From contig JAJYSJ010000011.1 of NCBI GenBank assembly GCA_021793645.1, forward strand, positions 22,515-86,514: a stretch of DNA of 64,000 bases. Direction: 5' to 3'. The stretch comes from Bacillota bacterium. GTDB lineage: Bacteria; Bacillota; Sulfobacillia; JAJZYS01; JAJYTV01. This document shows positions 39,278-49,897 of the stretch, in pieces. Both the position numbers and the translations under genes were made by a program. A model generated the notes under the pieces. The model was not told where the DNA came from. It worked only from the letters and a program-made list of their open reading frames with translations, and did no database searches. Position 1 is the first letter of the stretch, and each line of letters starts with the position of its first letter.

Positions 39278-40690
39278 ATGAGCCACCAGGTTCCGACGAA
39301 CGTCGATGCCTCGAGGGCCGTGGAAGGGCTTGGCTATCGGTCCCCGCTGCGGCGCGCTCTCGGCGCGGTCATCACCGTGGGCATCGCGGTCGGCTGCGTC
39401 TCCCCCATCGCTGCGACCTTCATCAACGTACCCGTCCTGATCTCGAGCCTAGGCACGTACCTCCTCCCGGAGTACATCATCAGCGCAGTGATCGCGCTGG
39501 CGCTCGCCTACATCTACAGCGAGCTCGGATCGATTTACCCCCTGGCCGGGGGGCTCTACTCGGTCGGGCTCAAGGTGCTGGGCAAGCCGATGGGATTCAT
39601 GACGCTGCTCGTCTACCTCGTGCAGGCGGTCTTCATCCCGGCGGTCGTGGCGCTCGGCGCCGCGACCTACGCGAACCTCCTCGTCCCAGCCATCCCGGTC
39701 GTCGCCTGGGCGATCATCTTCATGGCGCTGAGCGGCCTCCTTGCGATTTCGGGAATCCGTGCGAGCGGACTCTCCGCCTTCGTCTTCGTCGGGATCGAGG
39801 CCGCGGTGCTAATCGTGTTGACGGTCGCGGGGCTCGCGCACATCCAGCAGGGCACATCCCTCTTTGCGAACACCGCGGTGATAGGGAAGACCGTGGGTCC
39901 GGTCGGTTTCGGGGCGGTACTGGGTGCCGTCGCGATCGGGCTCTTCGGCTACAACGGCTTCGACTCCGCTCTGAACTTCTCCGAGGAGACCCTCGGGAGT
40001 TCGCGGCAGATCGGGCTCGGGGCGGTGCGGGCCGCGACCATCGTGATCATCCTGGAGATCCTGCCGATCGTCGGCATGCTGCTCGCGGTGCCGGCCACAG
40101 CGCTCATCCACAGCCAGAATCCGATCAATCTCTTCGGCACCACGGTGCTGGGGAACGCGGGCGTCACGATCATCGAGATCGGCGCCGTGATCGCCATCTT
40201 CAACGCGACGCTAACGGAGGTCATGCAGTTCAGCCGCATCCTCTACGCCTCCGGCCGTGACCAGGCGTGGCCCGCTGCAATCTCTAGGAGCCTCGCCTAC
40301 GTGTGGCCGTCCTCCGGCACGCCCGTCGTCTCGATCGCCGTCGTGGTGGTGCTGGGCATCATCCTCGACATCTTCTCGAGCCTCGCCAACTCGATCACCT
40401 TCATCGGCGTCGACCTCGTCTTCCTCTACCTGATCGTCGCGATCGCCACCGTCGTGAGCCGGTTCCGGGACAGAAGCCTCGAGCGGCCGTACAGGATGCC
40501 GATCTGGCCGGTAATGGTGCTCGTCAGCCTTGCCGGCAGCATCATCGTCTTGACGCAGCAGACCCCGGGAGAGATCCTCTCCATGTTGGCGATCCTCGCC
40601 GCAGGCCTGATCTACTACGCCCTCTACCTGGCGCGCAAGCCGGACTGGGGCGCAGGCGACATCAAGGCCATGGCGCGGGAGCGCGAGTAG
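39278..40690 (+). CDS. APC-family amino-acid permease
   Basis: ELGSIYPLAGGLY, YNGFD..SEE, SRILYASGRD, RPYRMP; multiple TM helices; RBS AAGGAGG. Confidence 0.9.
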   Translation: MSHQVPTNVDASRAVEGLGYRSPLRRALGAVITVGIAVGCVSPIAATFINVPVLISSLGTYLLPEYIISAVIALALAYIYSELGSIYPLAGGLYSVGLKVLGKPMGFMTLLVYLVQAVFIPAVVALGAATYANLLVPAIPVVAWAIIFMALSGLLAISGIRASGLSAFVFVGIEAAVLIVLTVAGLAHIQQGTSLFANTAVIGKTVGPVGFGAVLGAVAIGLFGYNGFDSALNFSEETLGSSRQIGLGAVRAATIVIILEILPIVGMLLAVPATALIHSQNPINLFGTTVLGNAGVTIIEIGAVIAIFNATLTEVMQFSRILYASGRDQAWPAAISRSLAYVWPSSGTPVVSIAVVVVLGIILDIFSSLANSITFIGVDLVFLYLIVAIATVVSRFRDRSLERPYRMPIWPVMVLVSLAGSIIVLTQQTPGEILSMLAILAAGLIYYALYLARKPDWGAGDIKAMARERE

Positions 40691-40747
40691 ACGCAAGTAC
40701 AGGATGGGCCCTGCCCCCGGCAGGGCCCCCAATGCGAGGGTAAAGCG

Positions 40748-42097
40748 ATGAACGTAAGGCTGACGCAGCGGTATGAGACCCGTACGCCCGAATCGAAGCG
40801 GCTGTTCGACGATGCGCGCCGAATCATCCCAGGCGGCGTCGAAGGCAGCATCAAGCACTACAGCCCCTACCCCCTGACCTTCGACCACGCGAAGGGCCCG
40901 ATCATGCGGGACGTCGACGGCCATGAGTACATCGACTACCTGCTCTCCTTCGGCGCCCTGATGCTCGGCCACGGGCACCCCGCCGTCGTCGAGGCCACGC
41001 GGCGCGTCTGGGAGGAATTCGGCACGAGCGCCTTCGGGCTCTCGAGCCCGCTCGAGGTGCGCCTCGCGGACGTCGTCCGCTCCCTCTACCCGAGCGTCGA
41101 GGAACTCCGCTTCACCAACTCCGGCCTCGAGGCGACGCTGCTCGCGGTACGGCTCGGGCTCGCCGCCACGGGACGGGACGTCGTCGCCAAATTCGAGGGC
41201 CACTACCACGGCGGACACGAACAGGTCCTGATCAGCGTGAGTCCCAACCCCGCGCAGGCCGGCCCTGCGACGCGGCCCCGCTCCGTGCCGGGATCCCTGG
41301 GCCTTCCAGACCACTTCGCGGAGCACACGATCGTTCTGCCCTTCAACGACTACAACGCATGTGAGGCCATCCTCACCGCCAACGCGGGCCGGGTCGGGGT
41401 CGTCGTGCTCGAGCCGATGGAGGCCGGCTTTGTGCCGGCGGACCCCGTCTTCCTGCAGAGCCTGCGGGATCTCACGACGCGGCTCGGCATGGTGCTCGTC
41501 TTCGACGAGGTGAAGACGGGCTTTCGGGTGCGCCTCGGCGGCGCGCAGGAGTACTACGGCGTGCAAGCCGACCTCACGGCGCTCGGCAAGATCCTCGGCG
41601 GCGGCCTGCCGATCGGCGCAGTCGGCGGCAGGCGCGAGATCCTCGAGCTCACCTCCCCTTTGCGGGAGGGTGGGGACGCGGGCATCGTCTTCCACAGCGG
41701 CACCTTCAACGGCAACCCCATGTCCGTCGCTGCAGGTCTCGCGACGCTCGAGATCCTGCAACGGCCCGGCGTCTTCGAGGGCATCCTCCATGCGACCGAA
41801 CGCCTGCGCAGGAGCATCGAGGAGATCGGGCGGGCGGAAGGGTACGACGTGCGGACGGTGGGCGTCGGCGCTGTCTTCGATCTGCTGTTCACCACGCAGG
41901 ACGTCACGGACTACCGCTCCCGCATCAGTGCCGACAAGGAGCGGCGTCTCGCGCTCGACTTCCTCCTGATGGAGAATGGAATCTTCTCGAAGCCGCTCAA
42001 CCGCTTCTCCCTCTCCTTGGTGCACGATCAGGAGACCCTGCAGCGCACCGAGGAGGCCTTCGCGCGAAGCTTCCGGCAACTCAGGGACTTCGTCTAA
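40748..42097 (+). CDS. Class III PLP aminotransferase, glutamate-1-semialdehyde aminomutase-like
   Basis: DVDGHEYID, FTNSGLEAT, KFEGHYHG, FDEVKTGFR, GKILGGG, HSGTFNGNP. Confidence 0.88.
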   Translation: MNVRLTQRYETRTPESKRLFDDARRIIPGGVEGSIKHYSPYPLTFDHAKGPIMRDVDGHEYIDYLLSFGALMLGHGHPAVVEATRRVWEEFGTSAFGLSSPLEVRLADVVRSLYPSVEELRFTNSGLEATLLAVRLGLAATGRDVVAKFEGHYHGGHEQVLISVSPNPAQAGPATRPRSVPGSLGLPDHFAEHTIVLPFNDYNACEAILTANAGRVGVVVLEPMEAGFVPADPVFLQSLRDLTTRLGMVLVFDEVKTGFRVRLGGAQEYYGVQADLTALGKILGGGLPIGAVGGRREILELTSPLREGGDAGIVFHSGTFNGNPMSVAAGLATLEILQRPGVFEGILHATERLRRSIEEIGRAEGYDVRTVGVGAVFDLLFTTQDVTDYRSRISADKERRLALDFLLMENGIFSKPLNRFSLSLVHDQETLQRTEEAFARSFRQLRDFV

Positions 42098-42255
42098 TAG
42101 CTGCGTTTCTATGCCGGCGGGCACGGGACTGCGTTGTCCTTTGGGCCCCTCCTGAGGCCGAGTTGAACGAGACCCTACCAGAAGCTCCTCGATGCCGGAG
42201 CGATCAACCTTCTTGCCGCGCTGGCGGCGTAGTACAGCGAAGTTACCTGCTTGAA

Positions 42256-42299
42256 CCCAAGGGGAAGGCCGCCTTACATGAGGCGGCCTTCCCCTTGGG
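42256..42299. terminator. Long hairpin between convergent operons
   Basis: CCCAAGGGGAAGGCCGCCT-tacatg-AGGCGGCCTTCCCCTTGGG, a perfect 19-bp stem. Confidence 0.65.
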
Positions 42300-42330
42300 C
42301 AGCGTCGAGGCTCCTTCTCTACAGCAGTCG

Positions 42331-43242
42331 TCACCGCACCGGAACGATCGGCGGGCGGCCGTTCACCTTGCGGATGCCGAAGCGCACTACCACACGGAAG
42401 GGGGACGGCTTGCAGTACTGGCAGATGTGGAGGTCACCCTGGATGGATTGGTAGAGGAAGGCGTCTACCTCGTCGAGCCCCCATGCCTGCATCAGGAGGC
42501 GCTGCATGCTGCGGCTCGCCTTCTCTATCGCCTCATCCAGCTCGTCCGCCGAGGCGACGACCCACCAGGCGTCGTCCGTCTCGACAAGCGGCAAGTCGAG
42601 CGCAGCGGGCCGTTCCCCGACATCCAGCCGCAGGCGGACGGTCCCCGCCGTCTCGACACCCGTGCCGCAGATCTCCCCATCGCCCATGCTGGCGTGGAGA
42701 TCCCCCAGCGCGAAGAGTGCGCCCGGCACCTGCACGGGGAAGTAGACGCGGCTTCCAGCCGTGATCAGGTGGTTATCCATGTTGCCGCCATGGTCGCCCG
42801 GCTGGCCGTTCACGACCTCGCCCTCAGCCGGTGCGACCCCGATCACGCCGATCATCGGCAGGCTGGGGAACTCGAAGTCCTTGAAGGTCACCTGCCCGTC
42901 CTTGATTGGAAGACGCCGCGTGCGGGCTCGCCCGTCCAGCGTGTGCTGCAGCACCCCGATCTCCGGCAGCGTGCAGACGATGCCCCAATCGCGGGTGCGG
43001 ATGTCCTCGATCGAGACCCTGAGGAGGTCGCCTGGTCTGGCGCCGTCCACATAGACCGGTCCCGTCGTCGGGTTCACCCGCCCGAGGTCGATGTCGCCGA
43101 TCGTCTGCTCTTCCGAGACGATCTGGTTCGAGAAGCAATCGAGCGTCTCGATCTCGAGGTCCTGGCCTGGATCCATGCGCATTGCTGCTTCGTGGCTCGA
43201 CCGGAAGGAGAAGACGTGGCTCTCGGGAGTGAGTGCCTTCAT
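42331..43242 (-). CDS. Acetamidase/formamidase family protein
   Basis: ETLDCF, NPTTGPVYV, PMIGVIGVAP, HGGNMD, GDLHASMGDGEICGTGVE. Confidence 0.92.
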   Translation of the reverse strand: MKALTPESHVFSFRSSHEAAMRMDPGQDLEIETLDCFSNQIVSEEQTIGDIDLGRVNPTTGPVYVDGARPGDLLRVSIEDIRTRDWGIVCTLPEIGVLQHTLDGRARTRRLPIKDGQVTFKDFEFPSLPMIGVIGVAPAEGEVVNGQPGDHGGNMDNHLITAGSRVYFPVQVPGALFALGDLHASMGDGEICGTGVETAGTVRLRLDVGERPAALDLPLVETDDAWWVVASADELDEAIEKASRSMQRLLMQAWGLDEVDAFLYQSIQGDLHICQYCKPSPFRVVVRFGIRKVNGRPPIVPVR

Positions 43243-43243
43243 G

Positions 43244-44656
43244 TCAGTCCCCCTCGACGAACACCCGGCGGGCGGCCTGTACGGCCTCCGGCCGGCGTGT
43301 TTTAAGGAAGAAGTAGACGATCGTGCCGATGACGGCCCAGGCGAGAATCATCGGCGCGGCGAGGTTCGCCGGGTAGTTCGGGACCGGGTAGACGGACGCG
43401 AAGAGCGGCGGCACGAAGAAGGCAATCCCGACGATCGGCGCGACGATGTGCTTGAACACAGAGCGCTGCGCTTTGCCTTCCGTGCTGTAGTGGACGATGC
43501 AGGTGATGTTGGTGATGAGGTAGATCGCAATCATCGTCACCGTGACGAGCGTGCCCAGCATGACGTAGCCGTTCAAGGGCTGGATCGCCATGCCGAGCAG
43601 AAGCGCGACGACGATGGACACCACCGCTTGCGTCAGGACGGCCACCTTGGGGGAGCGGAACACCGGGTGCACGGTCGCCAAGGCGCGTGGCAGCGCGCCC
43701 GTGCGGCCCATGGCGAAGAGCACGCGGGTCGCGGACGTCGAGGAGGCGTTCGTGTTCGCGATAAACGAGTTCATCACGGCGAGGAAGACGATGATCCAGC
43801 CGATGCCCCAGGCATGGGACGCGAGCACGTGCCAGGGGTCCGGGTTCTGGAAGAAGCTCGACATCCTGCTAAGACCCCAGCCGACGGTACCGGCGTAGGT
43901 CGTCAAGACATAGAAGATGCCGATCAGGGCCGTCGCGGCGACGACCGCCTTCGTCACGTTGCGCGGGTCGCCGGTCTCCTCGGAGAGCGCGACGGCGGCC
44001 TCGAAGCCGACGAACGCCTGGATGCAGTAGATCATGCCTTGGAAGACGCCCGCCCAGCCGCCGCCTGTGTGCACGAGCGAGAGGTGCGGGTTGAAGACGG
44101 CAACCGTATTGGACTTCCCGGCGATCACGATCAAGGTGATCGCAAGCGCCGTGAAGACAACCACCTCGAACGCCCCGAGCCACATGCCCGTCCGCGCCGA
44201 GGTGCGCACGCTGCGGTAGGTGAGGTAGGTGACGAGCGCGACGGCGAAGACCACCCAGATCGCCCAGGAGGTGTCGATGTGCAGGTACTGCTGAATGATG
44301 TTCGACACGAAGAATCCGAAGATCAGGTAGAGCATCGGCGCGGTGAGAAGCTGGACGAACGCGTAGGACCAGCCGACGACGAAGCCTGGGCCTGTGCCGA
44401 GCGCTCGGCTCGTATAGGTGTAGAAGCTGCCGGCCGATGGGATGGCGCGCGCCAGCTCCCCGATCGAGATCGCGGTGAAGAGCGCGCCGATCAGCGCGAG
44501 AATGACGGAGAGCGAGAGCGCCGCCCCCGCATACTGCGCGGAAATATAGATGGAATAGGCCACCGCGGCGCCGGGCGCCATGAAGGTGACGCTCTGAAAG
44601 GCGACGGGCCAGATGCCAAGCGCGTTGCGGTCGAGACTCCCGGACTTCGTGCTCAA
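43244..44656 (-). CDS. APC-family amino-acid/amine permease
   Basis: MAPG, PSAGSFYTY, FVGFEAAVALSEE, RVLFAMGR. Confidence 0.9.
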   Translation of the reverse strand: MSTKSGSLDRNALGIWPVAFQSVTFMAPGAAVAYSIYISAQYAGAALSLSVILALIGALFTAISIGELARAIPSAGSFYTYTSRALGTGPGFVVGWSYAFVQLLTAPMLYLIFGFFVSNIIQQYLHIDTSWAIWVVFAVALVTYLTYRSVRTSARTGMWLGAFEVVVFTALAITLIVIAGKSNTVAVFNPHLSLVHTGGGWAGVFQGMIYCIQAFVGFEAAVALSEETGDPRNVTKAVVAATALIGIFYVLTTYAGTVGWGLSRMSSFFQNPDPWHVLASHAWGIGWIIVFLAVMNSFIANTNASSTSATRVLFAMGRTGALPRALATVHPVFRSPKVAVLTQAVVSIVVALLLGMAIQPLNGYVMLGTLVTVTMIAIYLITNITCIVHYSTEGKAQRSVFKHIVAPIVGIAFFVPPLFASVYPVPNYPANLAAPMILAWAVIGTIVYFFLKTRRPEAVQAARRVFVEGD

Positions 44657-44823
44657 ATAGATACCCTCCCACGGCGGAATCTTCCGCGTACCCTGGATGC
44701 CCTAACCCACAGCCTGCGGCGGCCGCGGCATACGGCCGCGTATACCAGTCCCCTGCACCACCCCCTCTCCTGGGTGCCGCATCATGCTCGGATGCCCGTT
44801 CAGCTGCGGCGCCGCGGGCGCCT

Positions 44824-46488
44824 TTAGCGCAGCACCGCTCCGTGGTCGGCAGAGGTCACGTCTCGCGCATAGCGGCGCAAGTATCCGCCCTTCGCCCGCG
44901 AGGGAGGCGCCTGCCAAGCGGCACGCCGCCGTTCAATCTCCTCTTCCGGCACTTCCAGCGTCAGCTGCCGCGACGCGATGTCCACTTCGATGATGTCCCC
45001 CGGCTCGACGAAGGCGAGGGGTCCGCCCTCCGCCGCCTCCGGCGAGATATGGCCAAGGCATATGCCGCGGGTGCCGCCGGAGAACCGCCCATCGGTAATG
45101 AGGGCGACTTCCTTGCCGAGCCCCATCCCCTGCAGTGCAGACGTCGGCGCAAGCATCTCCGGCATCCCGGGTCCGCCCCGCGGCCCCTCGTAGCGGATCA
45201 CGACGACATCTCCCGCCTTGACCATCCCCTCCTCGATCCCCCGTCCCGCCTCCTCCTGAGATTCGAAGATCACGGCGGGGCCGCGGTGGCCCTTCACCTC
45301 AGGATCGACGGCGGCCACCTTCAGGACTGCGCCCCGTGGGGCGAGGTTGCCGTAGAGGACGGCAAGGCCGCCCTCCACGTCGTGCGGATCGCTCGTAGGC
45401 CGGATCACGTCCCGGTCGAGGGTCTTTACTCCAGCGAGCGTCTCCTTCAGCGTCTTGCCGGAGACGGTCATGGCGTCCATGCACAAGAGCCCCGGGACAG
45501 CACTTAGTTCCTTTAAGATGGCGGACACACCGCCGGCGCGGTCGACATCCTCGAGGTGCCACTCGGACGCTGGACTGACGCGGCAGATGTTCGGCGTCCT
45601 CCGCGAGAGGTCGTCGATGCGGCTGAGGGGGTAGTCGATGTTGCCCTCCTTGGCGATCGCCATCCCGTGCAGCACCGTGTTCGTCGACCCGCCCATCGCC
45701 ATGTCAAGCGCAAACGCGTTGTCGAGGGCCTCCTGGGTAACGATGCGGGAGGGTCTGAGGTCGTTTTTCACCAGTTCGATGACGGCCTGCGCCGTACGCC
45801 GCGCGAGGTCTTCGCGCCGCTCTGTCTTCGCAAGGATCGTGCCGTTTCCGGGGAGTGCGAGGCCGAGGGCCTCCGTGAGGCAGTTCATCGAATTGGCGGT
45901 GAACATCCCGGAGCACGATCCGCAGGTCGGGCACGCGATCGCCTCGAGTTCCTCCAGCTGCTCCTCGGCCATGCGGCCGCTGCGGTACGCCCCGACCCCC
46001 TCGAAGACCGAGATCAGGTCCACCGCCTTGCCCTGCGCCGTGCGCCCGGCGGCCATCGGACCGCCGGAGACGAAGATGGTCGGGATGTCGAGGCGCATCG
46101 TCGCCATCAGCATGCCGGGGGTGATCTTGTCGCAGTTCGGGATACAGATCATGCCGTCGAACCAGTGGGCCATCACCATCGTCTCCACGGAATCCGCGAT
46201 CAGTTCACGGCTGGGGAGCGAGTAGCGCATTCCGATGTGCCCCATCGCGATGCCGTCGTCCACCCCGATCGTGTTGAACTCGAAGGGGACCCCGCCCGCG
46301 GCCCGCACCGCCTCCTTGACGATGCGGCCGAACTCCTGCAGGTGGACGTGGCCCGGGACGATGTCGACGTAGGAGTTCGCGATGGCGATGAAGGGTTTGC
46401 CGAAGTCGACGGGTTTCACGCCCGCGGCGCGCAGGAGCGCACGATGCGGTGCGCGGTCGGCGCCCTGCTTGATCATGTCTGAACGCAT
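44824..46488 (-). CDS. ilvD: Dihydroxy-acid dehydratase
   Basis: [44 protein letters not shown]. Confidence 0.96.
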   Translation of the reverse strand: MRSDMIKQGADRAPHRALLRAAGVKPVDFGKPFIAIANSYVDIVPGHVHLQEFGRIVKEAVRAAGGVPFEFNTIGVDDGIAMGHIGMRYSLPSRELIADSVETMVMAHWFDGMICIPNCDKITPGMLMATMRLDIPTIFVSGGPMAAGRTAQGKAVDLISVFEGVGAYRSGRMAEEQLEELEAIACPTCGSCSGMFTANSMNCLTEALGLALPGNGTILAKTERREDLARRTAQAVIELVKNDLRPSRIVTQEALDNAFALDMAMGGSTNTVLHGMAIAKEGNIDYPLSRIDDLSRRTPNICRVSPASEWHLEDVDRAGGVSAILKELSAVPGLLCMDAMTVSGKTLKETLAGVKTLDRDVIRPTSDPHDVEGGLAVLYGNLAPRGAVLKVAAVDPEVKGHRGPAVIFESQEEAGRGIEEGMVKAGDVVVIRYEGPRGGPGMPEMLAPTSALQGMGLGKEVALITDGRFSGGTRGICLGHISPEAAEGGPLAFVEPGDIIEVDIASRQLTLEVPEEEIERRRAAWQAPPSRAKGGYLRRYARDVTSADHGAVLR

Positions 46489-46491
46489 GGA

Positions 46492-48231
46492 TTAGCTCCT
46501 CTCGGCGGGCTGCGGCTTCTCTAGGAGGACGTCCGCCAGGCTCGCGCCTGCCGGCACCATCGGGAAGACGTTCTCCTGCGGCTCGACGACGACGTCGAGG
46601 ATGACAGGTCCTGGTTCCGACGCGCAGTCCAAAAGGGCCTCGCGCAGGCCCTGGGCGGTCTCGACGCGCATGCCCTTCCAGCCGTAGGCCTCGGCGAGCA
46701 GGCGGTAGTCCGGAAGGTCCGTCATGTGCACCGCGCTGTAGCGTTCCTGATGGAAGAGCTCCTGCCACTGACGGACCATGCCAAGCTGGTGGTTGTTGAT
46801 GACGACCACCCGCACGGGGAGACCGTAGTTCGTCGCCGTCGCCATCTCCTGGATGTTCATCTGGATGCTGCCGTCGCCGGAGACGAGCCAGACGCTGGCG
46901 TCCGGCCTCGCCATCTGCGCCCCCAGCGCAGCCGGCAGGCCGAAGCCCATCGTACCGAGTCCCCCTGACGTGACGAACTGGCGCGCCCTCGCAAAGGGGT
47001 AGAGCAGCGCCGTCCACATCTGGTGCTGGCCGACGTCCGTGACGACGACCGCCTCGCCGTCCGTCGCCTTGTAGATCTCCTGAATGACCGCCTGCGGCCT
47101 GAGGAGGCTCCCGTTCTCCCCACCGAGCTCCATCGGGGTGAGGGCAGTCCAGCCCTGGTGAGCCTCCCACTCCCGGATCTCCTCCCACCAAGCGCTGCGC
47201 GCGGCGGCGCTGGCCGTCTGCGGGTTGCGTGCGATCGCGGCCTCGAGGGCCGGCAACGCGTAGCGGAGGTCCCCCAGGACAGGGAAGTCGACGCGGACGA
47301 TCTTCTCGATCTCCGCCTCGTCGATGTCGAAGTGGATGATCTTCGCCTTCGGTGCGAAGTGCTTGGTGGATCCCGTGACGCGGTCGTCGAAGCGCAGCCC
47401 GAGACCGATGATCAGGTCGGCGTGGGCCGTCGCTCGGTTTGCCGCGTAGGTGCCGTGCATGCCGAGTAGGCCGAGATGGCGGGGATCCGTGCCATGAACC
47501 GCTCCGAGCCCCATCAGGGTGCTCGCGGCCGGCGCGTCGAGCGCCGCCATCAGACGGCGCAGGGACTCCTCGGAACCGGAGTGGATCACCCCTCCGCCGA
47601 CGATCAGGAGCGGGCGCTCCGCAGCGGCGATCGCCTGCGCGGCCGCTTCCACCGCCGCCCCCTCCGGCTCGGTCGAAAAGCGGTAGCCGCGGCGGCCCGG
47701 TGGGGCCGCCGGGTGCTCGAACGGCCCGCGCTGCAGCGCGACATTCTTCGGGATGTCGATCAGTACGGGGCCGGGACGGCCGGTGCGGGCGATGTAATAG
47801 GCCTCGTGGACGATGCGCGGGATGTCCCGCGCATCGTCGACGAGGTAGCTGTGCTTCGTGATCGCCCGGGTGACACCGAGCGTGTCGACCTCCTGGAAGG
47901 CGTCCGTGCCGATCAGGGGCCTGGCCACCTGACCCGTGACCGCGACCAGCGGGATGGAATCCATCTGGGCCGTCGCAAGCCCCGTGACGAGGTTCGTCGC
48001 ACCTGGGCCCGACGTCGCGAGGCAGACCCCGGTCCGTCCCGAGACACGGGCGTAGCCGTCCGCGGCGTGCACCGCCCCCTGCTCATGGCGCACGAGGATA
48101 TGGCGGATGGGAGAGTCGTAGAGCGCGTCGTAGATTGGCAGCACCGCCCCGCCAGGATACCCGAAGATTACCTCGACGCCCTCCTCTTGCAGGCACTGCA
48201 AGAGTGTGCGCGCACCGCTCTCGACCATCAT
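46492..48231 (-). CDS. ilvB: Acetolactate synthase large subunit
   Basis: FGYPGGA, RHEQG, TSGPGATN, RFDDRVTG, DVGQHQMW, GDGS TPP motif. Confidence 0.96.
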   Translation of the reverse strand: MMVESGARTLLQCLQEEGVEVIFGYPGGAVLPIYDALYDSPIRHILVRHEQGAVHAADGYARVSGRTGVCLATSGPGATNLVTGLATAQMDSIPLVAVTGQVARPLIGTDAFQEVDTLGVTRAITKHSYLVDDARDIPRIVHEAYYIARTGRPGPVLIDIPKNVALQRGPFEHPAAPPGRRGYRFSTEPEGAAVEAAAQAIAAAERPLLIVGGGVIHSGSEESLRRLMAALDAPAASTLMGLGAVHGTDPRHLGLLGMHGTYAANRATAHADLIIGLGLRFDDRVTGSTKHFAPKAKIIHFDIDEAEIEKIVRVDFPVLGDLRYALPALEAAIARNPQTASAAARSAWWEEIREWEAHQGWTALTPMELGGENGSLLRPQAVIQEIYKATDGEAVVVTDVGQHQMWTALLYPFARARQFVTSGGLGTMGFGLPAALGAQMARPDASVWLVSGDGSIQMNIQEMATATNYGLPVRVVVINNHQLGMVRQWQELFHQERYSAVHMTDLPDYRLLAEAYGWKGMRVETAQGLREALLDCASEPGPVILDVVVEPQENVFPMVPAGASLADVLLEKPQPAERS

Positions 48232-48257
48232 CGTCCGCCTCCTCTCGAATATGGGGC

Positions 48258-49403
48258 TCAGAAGTAGGTCGCGTTGAGCGCCTGGCGCGAGTGCAGGTTC
48301 TGCGCGAGGGCGTCCGCGACGCGCTCGCCCATCTCGCGCGTCCCGATCACCTTCTCGCCCTGGCTGCCGTCCGAGATGTCCTTGGTGCGCAGCCCCTGCC
48401 GCAGGACCTCCTTCACGGCCCCCTCGATCGACCGCGCCAAGAGCGGCAGGTCGAGACTGTGCTCGGCGAGCATCGCAAGGGAGAGGATCGCACCCAAGGG
48501 GTTCGCCATGTCCTTGCCTGCGATATCGGGCGCCGAGCCGTGCACCGGTTCGTAGAGACCGGGACCGTCGTCCCCAAGGCTCGCCGACGCCATCACGCCG
48601 AGGCTCCCCACGACGCCGCCCAGTTCGTCGCTGAGGATGTCGCCGAACATGTTCTCCGTGAGCACCACGTCGAACATGTGGGGCTTCAGGACGAGGAGCA
48701 TCGCCATGCTGTCGACGAGCTGGTGCTCGACCGTGACGTCCGGGTACTCCTTCGCGACGTCTTCCACCACCTCACGCCAGAGGCGCGAGGTCTCGAGCAC
48801 GTTGCGCTTGTCGACGGACGTCACCCGTCCTTGGCGCCTCTGCGCCGAGCGGAAGGCGACGTGCGCGACCCGGCGGATCTCCCCTTCCTCGTAGGCCATC
48901 GTGTCGATGGCGCTCCGCGATGGACTCTCCCCGCTGCGGCCACGGGGCTCCCCGAAGTACACGCCGCCCGTGAGCTCGCGCACGAGGAGGACATCGAGGC
49001 CCTGGATCGCTGAAGGCCGCAGCGGCGACTGGCCTTCGAGGCCCGGCAGGAGCGCCGCAGGGCGCAGATTCGCGTAGACGGAGAGCGCGCGGCGCAGGCC
49101 GAGGAGGCCTGCCTCTGGCCGCTCATGGGGTGCCAGGCGGTCCCATTGCGGACCGCCGACGGCACCGAGCAGCACCGCCTTCGCGGCCTGGGCCGCAGAG
49201 AGTGTCTCTTCCGGCAGGGGCTTCCCCGCCTCCTCGATCGCGGCGCCGCCGATCGGCTTCGCCTCCCAGGAGAGCTCGATGCCTTCGCGGTGCAGGTACT
49301 CCCGGGCGGTGCGCATCACGGTCTCGGCTGCCTTGATCACCTCGGGGCCGATCCCGTCCCCAGGCAGGAGGACGAGCTGATGCGTCTCGCTTTGATCCTT
49401 CAC
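48258..49403 (-). CDS. leuB: 3-isopropylmalate dehydrogenase
   Basis: PGDGIGPE, RELTGGVYFG, NMFGDILSD, YEPVHGSAPDIAG. Confidence 0.95.
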   Translation of the reverse strand: MKDQSETHQLVLLPGDGIGPEVIKAAETVMRTAREYLHREGIELSWEAKPIGGAAIEEAGKPLPEETLSAAQAAKAVLLGAVGGPQWDRLAPHERPEAGLLGLRRALSVYANLRPAALLPGLEGQSPLRPSAIQGLDVLLVRELTGGVYFGEPRGRSGESPSRSAIDTMAYEEGEIRRVAHVAFRSAQRRQGRVTSVDKRNVLETSRLWREVVEDVAKEYPDVTVEHQLVDSMAMLLVLKPHMFDVVLTENMFGDILSDELGGVVGSLGVMASASLGDDGPGLYEPVHGSAPDIAGKDMANPLGAILSLAMLAEHSLDLPLLARSIEGAVKEVLRQGLRTKDISDGSQGEKVIGTREMGERVADALAQNLHSRQALNATYF

Positions 49404-49897
49404 GGCGCCGCCCCCTCTGCGAGTTCCTTCCTGAGCTTCGCCATGAGGCCACCGGACGCCACGATCTCCTGCACGAATGGGGAGAGCGGGATGATCTCAT
49501 AGCGCTCGCCGCGCGTGCGGTTGAAGATGGCCGCCTGCCCTTCGTCGACCTCGACCTCGTCGCCCATCTGGATCCCCTTCGCCGCCGCAGGCGACTCGTA
49601 GACCCGCAGGCCGATGTTGATTGCGTTGCGGAAGAAGATGCGGGCGAAGGACTCCGCGATCACGCACGGGACGCCTGCCCCCTTGATCGCGATGGGGGCG
49701 TGCTCGCGCGAACTGCCGCAGCCAAAGTTGCGCCCGCCGACGATGACGTCGCCCTGCGACTTCTTCTCCAGAAACTCCGGGTCCAGGTTCTCGAGGCAGT
49801 GCTTTCCGAGCGCCACAGGGTCACCGGTCACGAGGTAGCGGGCGGGGATGATGACGTCCGTGTCGACGTTGTCGCCGTACTTCCAGGCCCTCGCCAT
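49400..49897 (-). CDS. leuD: 3-isopropylmalate dehydratase small subunit
   Basis: [41 protein letters not shown]. Confidence 0.94.
   Translation of the reverse strand: MARAWKYGDNVDTDVIIPARYLVTGDPVALGKHCLENLDPEFLEKKSQGDVIVGGRNFGCGSSREHAPIAIKGAGVPCVIAESFARIFFRNAINIGLRVYESPAAAKGIQMGDEVEVDEGQAAIFNRTRGERYEIIPLSPFVQEIVASGGLMAKLRKELAEGAAP

Noticed and set aside
40748-42097. Calling the class III aminotransferase hemL
   Set aside because: It lacks the GVNSPVRAF signature and any tetrapyrrole gene context
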